From Bacteroidota bacterium (GTDB lineage Bacteria > Bacteroidota > Bacteroidia > Bacteroidales > CG2-30-32-10), in the NCBI GenBank assembly GCA_013377115.1, contig JACAAW010000001.1, positions 17,063 to 81,062 on the forward strand: a stretch of DNA of 64,000 bases, written 5' to 3'. How positions within the stretch are numbered: the stretch's first letter is position 1; each line of letters begins with the position of its first letter. The position numbers and the translations under genes are program-made. The notes beneath the pieces are model-generated. The model did no database searches. It saw only the letters and a list, made by a program, of their open reading frames with translations, and had not been told where the DNA came from. Below, piece after piece: positions 41,831-50,166 of this stretch.

Positions 41831-42799
41831 TTAAATATTTTCTCCGTCTTTGGATGTTCTATTTTTGTAGGTTATTGACCTTACTAAATTTGTAAACGTT
41901 AAATTTAATGGTGTTTTAATGTAATGTTTACGACCATATTCAACAATTTTTCCATTCATAAAATCAATTTCTGTCTCTTTTTTGTTAATTAAATCGACTG
42001 CTAATGAAGGCATGTGATTTCCGGCATTTTTCAAATAACGAATGCACAATTTAACAAAATTCTCAGGTAATTTTATTTCCTCTGCTTTTGCAACTTCAAC
42101 AGCTTCATAAATAATTTGTTCTACAATTTCTAAAGTATCTGGATGATCCATTGCTTCTTTCATGGTAAGATTGGAAATCGCACATAATGGACTTAAAGCC
42201 GCATTTAAAATTGTTTTTTCCCAAATTTTGTTAACGACTTCAAAAGAGCCAACTTTTTCGGTAATTAAACCAACGCTTGTTAATAATTCGGCTATTTTTT
42301 CAGCTATTTCAGGATGAGAATCATCAACAGAGGCAACATAGTTTGGTGGATTGAAAAAACTAACTGCTGTAACATTAGGAGCATGAAGATTTCCAGCATA
42401 GTTGACAACCATTCTCAACACTTTTGATTCTTCAAAATGTGTAATGTATTTTTTTCTAACTCCAATTCCATTTTGGGCAATCAATAAAAAAACATCTTTT
42501 TTATCACAAAGTTTTACTTGTTCGATAATACTATCAACATTATAATCTTTTACAGCGCTAATTAAAACATCAAAATCATGTTCCAGCAATTCTTGAATTG
42601 AGCTATAAACATGTTTAAAATAAGCTTGCTTTTCAATTTTATCAACCAATTCAATTCCTGAATTTCTAATTAAAGCAAGTTTGTTTTTATCAATGTCAGT
42701 AATAGCAACTTCACATCCAGCTTCTTTTAAATGAACTGCTAATGCTTGCCCAACAGGACCAAGACCAATAATTCCGAATCGAAATACTTTTTCTCCCAT
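41831..42799 (-). CDS. ketopantoate-reductase (ApbA/PanE) family NAD(P)-dependent oxidoreductase
   Basis: 322 aa. N-terminal GIIGLGPVG Rossmann fold and C-terminal PanE-type helical domain (KIWEKTILNAALSPL.., SLAVDL..KETEIDFMNG). Confidence 0.7.
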   Translation of the reverse strand: MGEKVFRFGIIGLGPVGQALAVHLKEAGCEVAITDIDKNKLALIRNSGIELVDKIEKQAYFKHVYSSIQELLEHDFDVLISAVKDYNVDSIIEQVKLCDKKDVFLLIAQNGIGVRKKYITHFEESKVLRMVVNYAGNLHAPNVTAVSFFNPPNYVASVDDSHPEIAEKIAELLTSVGLITEKVGSFEVVNKIWEKTILNAALSPLCAISNLTMKEAMDHPDTLEIVEQIIYEAVEVAKAEEIKLPENFVKLCIRYLKNAGNHMPSLAVDLINKKETEIDFMNGKIVEYGRKHYIKTPLNLTFTNLVRSITYKNRTSKDGENI

Positions 42800-42841
42800 A
42801 ATTTTATTCTTCTTTCTATAAAATAAAAATCCTTTAATAAA

Positions 42842-44929
42842 TTACATAATAATACGAGCATCTACTGCACAAACCCTATTCTCATTTGCAAAAATGGGGT
42901 TTAAATCCAACTCTTTGATTTCTGGAAAATCATTCACCAAAGTGGAAATTCTTTGTAAAATCTCTGATACTTTTCCTTTATCAATTCCTTTTTTCCCTCT
43001 AAAATCATTCAATAATGCGGCCGATTTAATATTTTCGAGCATTTCATTTGCCTCAACATCAGTGGTTGGAGCAATTTTGAACACCACATCTTTGTATACC
43101 TCAACCATAACACCACCCATTCCGAACATAATTAAATGGCCTAATCCTTCTTCCTCCTTAACTCCGATAATTAATTCTCGGCTTTCAGGAAGAAATTCCT
43201 GAATGAAGAATTTTAAATCTGGTTGCTGAAGTTTGTTTTGCATATTTTGCACTACAGTTCTGACTTCCTCAGCGTTTTTAATATTTATTGCAACTCCACC
43301 CACATCACTTTTGTGAATGATTTTTTCCGAATCCGCTTTTATTACCAAAGGAAATCCAATTTTCTCGGCTTCAATAACAGCTTCATCAACAGTTTTTGCA
43401 ATACTCCATTTTGCTATTGGAATTTTGTAAGCCTCTAAAATTTCATAAACATCTTTGGCTGTTAAAACTTCTTTTCCTTGGGCTTTTACTGAATCGAAAA
43501 CGGCTTTAGCTTTGCCTTTATTGATATCTGTAAAAGTTTTTATTGAACCTTTTTTCCTCGATCTGATTTCATTGTATTTTGAAAGTGACGAAAGGGCTTT
43601 TGCAGCAGTTTCAGGGTAATCAAAACATGGAATTCCTCCATCAGCAAGAATTTTAGAAGTTTCACCCCAGTTTTGTTTATCCGTGATATAATTACAAACA
43701 ATTGGTTTTATTTGTTTTTTGCTTATTTCAGCAATTTCTTTAGCGACACTCACACAATCAACAAAAGGAGGAGTTACAAAAGTGAGATAAATCCCGTCAA
43801 TTTGCTCTTCATTCATCATCACTTCTATGGCGCTTTTAAAATGTGCAGCACCAGCAGTCGCCACAACATCCAAAGGATTGTTTATTGACGCTTGTTCCAA
43901 CATGGTTAGTTTTAATTCTGCTTTGGCTTTTTCCGAAATTGGAGGCATTGCCATACCACAAGAAACCAGTTCGTCGGTTGCAATAATAGCAGGACCACCA
44001 GTATTGGTAATCATTCCAACGTTGCTTCCATTTGGTATTGGTTGCGAAGAAAAAGCAATGGCAGCATGACAAATTTCCTCTAAATTAGAGAATGAAAGAA
44101 TTCCTGCTTTTTGAAATATCAGCTCCATTGTTACTCCACCAGCCAAACCACCAGTATGGGATTTGGAAGCCGCAGCACCTTTTTCGGTTCTACCAGCAGA
44201 AATGGCTAAAATTGGTTTTTTAGCAGCAACTTCCATCGCTACTTCCATGAATTCTTTTGTATTTGAAAGGCTTTCGAGATAAAGAATAATTACTTTGGTT
44301 CCTTCATCTTCGCCATAATATTTTAAAATTTCGGATATGGAAACATCAGAGCCATTGCCATTAGAAGAATAAAGCCTCAATCCAATTTCCATATCATGCA
44401 ATACTTGCATAATTAATGCCCCAACACCGCCACTTTGCGCAACAATAGAAATAGAACCTGGTTTGTAAAATGTAAATGTAAAATTGCAATAAGCATTGTA
44501 TTTTGGGTCGGAATTGATGGTACCTTGGCAGTTTGGACCAATAATTCTGATACCGTATTTTTTTGCGCGGGCTAAAAAATCATCTTCAAGAGCCTGACCT
44601 TCTGCCCCCATTTCTTTGAAACCAGCAGTATTGATAATAATAGCTTTTACTCCTTTTTTTCCGCAATTTTCAACCTCTTCTGGAACAAACGGTGGAGGTA
44701 TAACGATGTGAGCTAATTCGACTTCGCCAGGAACATCCATAATTGATGGATAAGCTTTTATTCCCCGAATCTCGTCAACCTTTGGGTTTATTGGATAAAT
44801 TGGCCCTGTAAAACCATAATGAACTAAGTTTTTGATGATGATATTTCCAATAGAAAGCTCTTTTACTGATGCACCAATTAACGCAATTGATTTGGGTTCG
44901 TAGAAATAATTCAAGTTATCTTTATTCAT
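42842..44929 (-). CDS. ADP-forming acyl-CoA synthetase (fused alpha-beta), first gene of the ring-processing operon
   Basis: 695 aa. CoA-binding N-domain (IALIGAS), phosphohistidine loop SKSHTGGLAG, C-terminal ATP-grasp domain. Paralogue of the gene at 13714-15771. Confidence 0.8.
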   Translation of the reverse strand: MNKDNLNYFYEPKSIALIGASVKELSIGNIIIKNLVHYGFTGPIYPINPKVDEIRGIKAYPSIMDVPGEVELAHIVIPPPFVPEEVENCGKKGVKAIIINTAGFKEMGAEGQALEDDFLARAKKYGIRIIGPNCQGTINSDPKYNAYCNFTFTFYKPGSISIVAQSGGVGALIMQVLHDMEIGLRLYSSNGNGSDVSISEILKYYGEDEGTKVIILYLESLSNTKEFMEVAMEVAAKKPILAISAGRTEKGAAASKSHTGGLAGGVTMELIFQKAGILSFSNLEEICHAAIAFSSQPIPNGSNVGMITNTGGPAIIATDELVSCGMAMPPISEKAKAELKLTMLEQASINNPLDVVATAGAAHFKSAIEVMMNEEQIDGIYLTFVTPPFVDCVSVAKEIAEISKKQIKPIVCNYITDKQNWGETSKILADGGIPCFDYPETAAKALSSLSKYNEIRSRKKGSIKTFTDINKGKAKAVFDSVKAQGKEVLTAKDVYEILEAYKIPIAKWSIAKTVDEAVIEAEKIGFPLVIKADSEKIIHKSDVGGVAINIKNAEEVRTVVQNMQNKLQQPDLKFFIQEFLPESRELIIGVKEEEGLGHLIMFGMGGVMVEVYKDVVFKIAPTTDVEANEMLENIKSAALLNDFRGKKGIDKGKVSEILQRISTLVNDFPEIKELDLNPIFANENRVCAVDARIIM

Positions 44930-45034
44930 AAACTATAAAAATTCAGGTGAAAAGCAGGATGTTAGATTTGAAGTTTTTAGGAGAATCAAAATACTTAACG
45001 AGTCCAAATTTAAATCTTTCTTAAAGTTATTTTA

Positions 45035-45213
45035 TTAAAATCAAATATAGTAATCTTTATTGATTATGTCAAATTTTAAAAAAACCATAACAAATAAGGA
45101 TTCTTTATATCGCAAAGATAAAAATAAATCGACAAAAAACAAATATGGTTTGAAAAAACAAACGAATTCGCCTTTTTTCCTATTGCTTTAGTAGGAAATT
45201 AACTATTTTTAAC
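45035..45213 (-). promoter_or_regulatory. promoter/regulatory region, copy X of a duplicated ~180-bp block
   Basis: On the minus strand: TTTG (45070-45073), N20, TATATTTG (45042-45049), matching the Bacteroidota -33/-7 consensus, about 113 nt upstream of the ATG at 44929. A 43-nt block identical to copy Y lies further upstream (tctttatatcgcaaagataaaaataaatcgacaaaaaacaaat), as does the palindrome TTCCTA-N9-TAGGAA (45177-45197). Confidence 0.7.
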
Positions 45214-45444
45214 ATTTTATTAATATTTAACGCAAATCAAAATAAAAACGTTAGATATTTAATCCTTTAATTCAAAACGAAATATTTTATCTTTCGAGGT
45301 AATTCCTCTTCACAAATACACTGATTTCATTAATGAAATAACGGCAAGTACTTTCTAAATTATTATCAAATAATTCCGGTGGTATTGATTATTTTTAGGC
45401 GGTTGAAAAAGTGGTATTTTGAGAAATATTGATACAAATTCTAC

Positions 45445-46272
45445 CTATTTTTTCAACTTCTTATTTTTCTTCGCTTCGGGTAAAAAATTGTTTTCAGAAA
45501 TTACTTTTTCACCTGTTTTTAATTCCAATGCTTTTCTAGCATCACCTGCTATTTTACCGCCTTGTTTGGCAACCACTTTATTTTGGACAAAACCTTTTGG
45601 GTTTTTAGTTTTTACAATAGCTGTTGTTGATGCTTCTCCGAGCATTGAGAAAATTAATTCCAAATCGGTCATGTGGTCACGCAGGTTTTGGCTTTTCAAA
45701 CCTTTTACTTTCTTGTATTGAGAAGGTGTTAAACCAAATGTTGCTTTAGAAATTTCTGCAGTTAAAATAGAATATTCAATTTGTTCTTTTACGCCTCTAT
45801 TTTTCCATTCCTCAGTTAATTCTTCACGAATAGCAATGCTACGCATTCGTTTTTCAATCCAATCGTCAGGATAGCCTTTGGCTTTATACAATTCTCTGGT
45901 TCGTTGAGTTGCTAATTCCGGATTTTCAATTTCGTCTAATCTGTCTGAACCAACTTGTGCCAACCATTGCTTAAATGGTTCTGCTTTGGGTGATGGAATT
46001 GATTGAATGATTCTCAAAAGACCTTTAGCGTTTGCAGCCTGTACTTTACGTCTTTTACCATCAGCTGCCTGCATTTCAACTAGGGTACAAATTGTACCCC
46101 AGTTGCTTTTTAGTTGTTCATCACGACTTAAAATTCTTTTTATGTATTGCTTAACATCCGCACTATCGGTGAGGACTTCTACAACATCTTGCACTGAGAA
46201 ATACCATTTGTTCTCTGTTTCGTTCCAAACAGACCGTATTTGCTTACTTTCAAAAAGTTTTATATTGCTCAT
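45445..46272 (-). CDS. Bro-N domain / DinD-like (DNA-damage-inducible protein D family) protein
   Basis: About 275 aa from the ATG at 46272 (MSNIKLFESKQIRSVWNETENKWYFSVQDVVEVLT is Bro-N-like). The C-terminal region ..NLRDHMTDLELIFSMLGEASTT.. resembles DinD. Confidence 0.65.
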   Translation of the reverse strand: MSNIKLFESKQIRSVWNETENKWYFSVQDVVEVLTDSADVKQYIKRILSRDEQLKSNWGTICTLVEMQAADGKRRKVQAANAKGLLRIIQSIPSPKAEPFKQWLAQVGSDRLDEIENPELATQRTRELYKAKGYPDDWIEKRMRSIAIREELTEEWKNRGVKEQIEYSILTAEISKATFGLTPSQYKKVKGLKSQNLRDHMTDLELIFSMLGEASTTAIVKTKNPKGFVQNKVVAKQGGKIAGDARKALELKTGEKVISENNFLPEAKKNKKLKK

Positions 46273-46544
46273 TAATTTGTTTTTTCTGGAACTCAAAAAT
46301 ACTTAAAAGTGCGTACTTTAAAAAATGATTTTGAAAATTTGGAGGGTTGAGTTATCAACAATTATTTATTACAGTAGACAATTTACAACAAATATTCTAA
46401 GGAAAATCTATCAGGAAATACAAAAATTATTCCGCAATCACCCAATCACCATTTTTGATGAGAATATTGTTAGGATTGAAATCCCAGTTCATGTTACTTA
46501 ATAATTAAGAAAATTCTAAATAATTACAATTTCAATAATTGGTA

Positions 46545-47369
46545 TTATTTTTTATTCAATTTATGGTATCTAAATCCACCAAATATTGCAGCTCCAATTG
46601 CTCCAGAATAAATTGCATCGGGATGTGTCGAAAAAGTTAAACCTAATTTTGCTTCTGTTCCAAGTTCTTCAATTGCCTGAACCATACCTTTATTCATTGC
46701 CATTCCACCCATTAATGCAACTTTTGAATCGGCTTTTAATGAAGAAAGCAATTTTATTACTTTACTTGCTATGGATAAATGAATTCCTTTAATAATATCT
46801 GGAGTTGAAATCCCTCTAGAAACCATGTTAATCACATCCGTTTCTGCAAGTACTGAGCAAATACCTGAAGGCAATTCAGGTGACATTGATTTTAGTGATG
46901 CATCGCCAACTTCTTCTATTGCTAATCCTAAATATCTTGAAATGTTTTCAACAAATTGTCCCGAACCAGAAGCACATTGGCCTGTCATTTTATAATCCAA
47001 TACTCGGCCTTCATCACTAATGTTTATTGCTCTTACGAAAAGAGCTCCAAGATCCAAAACTGTTTTTGAACCAGGATTAAGAAATAGCCCACCTTTTGCA
47101 TGAGTAGTCATGCTATAAAAATGACCTTTCTTTCTTTTTAGAAGTTCTCCTTCTCCAGTTGAAGCCACATAAGCAATATCCTCGTATTTCAAATTGTTTT
47201 TTAAAAGTATTGCATCTAATAAAAGATCCGAAATACTTTCGGGATTCCTTTTTCTTATTTTCTCGTTTACCTTGTCAATAATAATTGGATTATCAGAATA
47301 CTCCATTAAAACCAGTTTAATTGTACTGCTTCCAACGTCAATTCCGAGGGTATAAACTTTATTATCCAT
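46545..47369 (-). CDS. bcrD: benzoyl-CoA reductase ATPase subunit, small (BcrD/BadG-like)
   Basis: 274 aa. LGIDVGSSTIK, cluster Cys contexts TGQCASGSGQF and SGICSVLAETD. Fourth gene of a C-B-A-D series. Confidence 0.75.
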   Translation of the reverse strand: MDNKVYTLGIDVGSSTIKLVLMEYSDNPIIIDKVNEKIRKRNPESISDLLLDAILLKNNLKYEDIAYVASTGEGELLKRKKGHFYSMTTHAKGGLFLNPGSKTVLDLGALFVRAINISDEGRVLDYKMTGQCASGSGQFVENISRYLGLAIEEVGDASLKSMSPELPSGICSVLAETDVINMVSRGISTPDIIKGIHLSIASKVIKLLSSLKADSKVALMGGMAMNKGMVQAIEELGTEAKLGLTFSTHPDAIYSGAIGAAIFGGFRYHKLNKK

Positions 47370-47401
47370 ATAGACTTATTTCTTTATTTAATTTTTACTG
47401 A

Positions 47402-48784
47402 TTATTCAACATGACTTCTTCTAGCAAACATTGCTCCGCCCAGAGCTCCCATAAATATTGAGTCAGGATGAATATTAATAATAATATCATCACCATAATT
47501 TTTATGTACCAACTCAGAAACGTATTTCAATACTGCTTGGTTACGAGCAACACCACCTGTAAATGTAAATTCATTTCTAACACCACCTGAACGAGCTAAT
47601 AAAGACATCGCTCTCATCACAATTGCGCGATGTAAACCGGCTAAAATATCAGAACGTTTTTGACCTACATTTAAAAGCTCACGAATTTCTGCAGCAGCAA
47701 AAACAGTACACGTTGAACAAATATTAACTTCACTTTTTGCCTCCAAAGCTAATGGTCCAAGTTCATTTAATGAAATACTAAACTCATCAGCAATGTAACC
47801 AAGATATCTTCCACATCCAGCAGCACATCTATCATTCATATGGAAACTAGTTACCAAACCATGACTATCAACCTGAATCGCTTTTGTATCCTGCCCACCA
47901 ATGTCTAAAACTGTTTTTGTATTAGGGAAAACAGCATGAGCTCCAAAAGCATGGCATAAAATCTCAGATTTGATACATTTCTCTGGGAATGGCAATAATG
48001 CTCTTCCATATCCTGTTCCTACCATATTGGCTATGTGAATATCCATATTGGCAACAAACATGATGTGTTCCTTTATTGAATCATGAACATTTTTAAAGTT
48101 GCCCTTCAATAAATTCATTTCAGTATCAAATTCTATACTTTGGTTTTCAGCAATAGTCTCTTCAAGATTCTGATATTTATCGTGAAGAATTTCTAATGCC
48201 TGAAACACCAACTCTTTGAAATTAAACTCCGTGAGCTCATTTTCTACGGATGTGATACTTTTATCATAAACCAGCATCAAAGGTTCAAATAGTGCTTTAT
48301 CTAATTTCCCAATTTCTTTGTTAAAATGCTCACTTACAATATCACGAAAAAATTGATTTTTAGAACCTAAATTTCCATACAAAAAATCATCATGAATAAT
48401 TGGTCCAATAGTTTTTACAATATTCTCAACATGCTTTGCAACAATATCTCTCAATTCGTTTTCGAAGGTAGTTGCAATGGTATCTTTGAATTGAACATTT
48501 AGGCGATCCAATCGTTTTTTAAACTGTAAATATTGAAATACGGATTCAACATCCTCGATATATTTTTTATATTCTGGTTTGCTCTGAATCTCATCTTCCA
48601 ATTTTAATTTGAGCAAAGAAAATCTAGCATTATAAATGGCCTCAAGTCTGGCAATTTCAGTTGCCACCGTATAATTTGCCCTTGTATTTGTAATTCCTCT
48701 TCCAATTATCTCATCTTTTTCATTAACAATTACTGCTTTAGATGTTGTTGAGCCGAGGTCTATTCCTAAAAAGTATTTCTTCAT
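47402..48784 (-). CDS. bcrA: benzoyl-CoA reductase ATPase subunit, large (BcrA/BadF-like)
   Basis: 460 aa. LGIDLGSTTSKA, then a ~200-aa insertion, then DIGGQDTKA, NDRCAAGCGRYL and CSTCTVFAAAE. The insertion-bearing large ATPase is characteristic of class I BCR alpha subunits. Confidence 0.75.
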   Translation of the reverse strand: MKKYFLGIDLGSTTSKAVIVNEKDEIIGRGITNTRANYTVATEIARLEAIYNARFSLLKLKLEDEIQSKPEYKKYIEDVESVFQYLQFKKRLDRLNVQFKDTIATTFENELRDIVAKHVENIVKTIGPIIHDDFLYGNLGSKNQFFRDIVSEHFNKEIGKLDKALFEPLMLVYDKSITSVENELTEFNFKELVFQALEILHDKYQNLEETIAENQSIEFDTEMNLLKGNFKNVHDSIKEHIMFVANMDIHIANMVGTGYGRALLPFPEKCIKSEILCHAFGAHAVFPNTKTVLDIGGQDTKAIQVDSHGLVTSFHMNDRCAAGCGRYLGYIADEFSISLNELGPLALEAKSEVNICSTCTVFAAAEIRELLNVGQKRSDILAGLHRAIVMRAMSLLARSGGVRNEFTFTGGVARNQAVLKYVSELVHKNYGDDIIINIHPDSIFMGALGGAMFARRSHVE

Positions 48785-48817
48785 TGATATCTGTTATTTC
48801 TAAATTTTGTAAAATTT

Positions 48818-50089
48818 TTAATACATCTTTCTTTGATCTAACATTTGGAAAAAAGACTCAAGTCTGTTTTTAATGTTGGAATAAGAAAAATATCTCGGAT
48901 CTACTAAATCAGATTCAATAAATCCGACAGGAATTTCCAGTTGTCGTTCTAATTGTTGCATAATCATTAATTGTCCGGCAGAAAAAGAATTACAACTTTT
49001 TATTGAATTCACTAAAAATCCATCGGCTTTATAATCTGTAATACATTTTGACAAAAGCTCCACTCTTTGTTCTAAATTTAGGTTGGTATAGCAATTCATA
49101 CAATATTCTGCAAGGCTTTCGAGTGGTTTCTCAGGATTAACTCTAAATCCCATATCATAAACACCGCCAACTTTGGTATAGGAAGAAGCAACGATGACGG
49201 CTCCCATATCATAGAATAATTTCCAAAATTCTCTGAAATGAGTCCAATTTGGAGGACCTTCAACTACCAATCTAAATCGTTCTTTTTCCATTACACCTTC
49301 AGGGGTGATTGGGCCCAAACCAAGATTAACTCTTTCTAAAATTTCATTATAAAGTTCATGATAATAATTTACTGCTTCATCAGAACCACGAAAACCATTA
49401 TTAATTGGCCCGATATAGTAAACGCCAGCAAAATAGGCATCAATAGGAGATGGAACATTTTTGGTGGTATCAAAAATCTTCATAATATAATCTTCCACCT
49501 TGCTAGAATTTCGTAAGCAGGCCTTTAATTTTTCTTCATCATATTTATTTCCAGAAACTTTTTCCATTTTAGGAATAACCTCTTCCTTCAATTGCTTCAC
49601 CATATAAGCAGTCATTTCTGGAGTAACTTTATGATTTTCTTGATAAGGTGTGTGCAATAAGGCAACAGGAACATCTGGATAAAGACGTTTTAATGTTTCG
49701 AACCATTTCATGAAAGTGAAACAGCCAGTATAACTTAAAAGAAAAAGATCGGGTTCAGGAATTTTTTCACCATTTGGACCAATGTTTCCATTAATCATCA
49801 TTCCAACATCACATTTAACATAGGTACAAACATCTTCAGAATGCCCTATTTTTTCTGCATCCCTAATAAAATCGGCAGATTTTTTTCTCATTCCAGATTG
49901 CAATGCATTTATTTCTGGATAAACAGGCAACATGCCGAATGACAATATTAATTCTGAAATATTCCCCGGAACAAAAGTATAAACAACTTTTTTTCCAGTT
50001 TCTTTTGCAGTACTCAAATCCTTAAAAAGACGAGAAATCATCTCTTTTTGAATAATCATACTTTTTTCTTTTGCAATATCTTTTGACAT
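48818..50089 (-). CDS. bcrB: benzoyl-CoA reductase core subunit (BcrB/BadE-like; 2-hydroxyacyl-CoA dehydratase fold)
   Basis: 423 aa. Family signature VVYTFVPGNISELILSFGMLPVYPE. Its size fits the ~48-kDa BCR beta subunit. Confidence 0.7.
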   Translation of the reverse strand: MSKDIAKEKSMIIQKEMISRLFKDLSTAKETGKKVVYTFVPGNISELILSFGMLPVYPEINALQSGMRKKSADFIRDAEKIGHSEDVCTYVKCDVGMMINGNIGPNGEKIPEPDLFLLSYTGCFTFMKWFETLKRLYPDVPVALLHTPYQENHKVTPEMTAYMVKQLKEEVIPKMEKVSGNKYDEEKLKACLRNSSKVEDYIMKIFDTTKNVPSPIDAYFAGVYYIGPINNGFRGSDEAVNYYHELYNEILERVNLGLGPITPEGVMEKERFRLVVEGPPNWTHFREFWKLFYDMGAVIVASSYTKVGGVYDMGFRVNPEKPLESLAEYCMNCYTNLNLEQRVELLSKCITDYKADGFLVNSIKSCNSFSAGQLMIMQQLERQLEIPVGFIESDLVDPRYFSYSNIKNRLESFFQMLDQRKMY

Positions 50090-50166
50090 ATTTTAAGTAA
50101 AATTAATAGTTAAAAAAACGAGTATTTTTGCAGTATAAATTCAAATATGAAATCTACTAAAATACA

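Noticed and set aside
45419-46306. Two ~100-aa plus-strand ORFs (45419-45721 and 46007-46306)
   Set aside because: Both are antisense to the Bro-N/DinD-like gene and have no recognisable domains.
46427-46492. 21-codon ORF with a kinase-like DFNPNNIL segment as a stand-alone feature
   Set aside because: It is too short to call as a gene or pseudogene from sequence alone. It is mentioned only as a possible remnant within the insertion finding.
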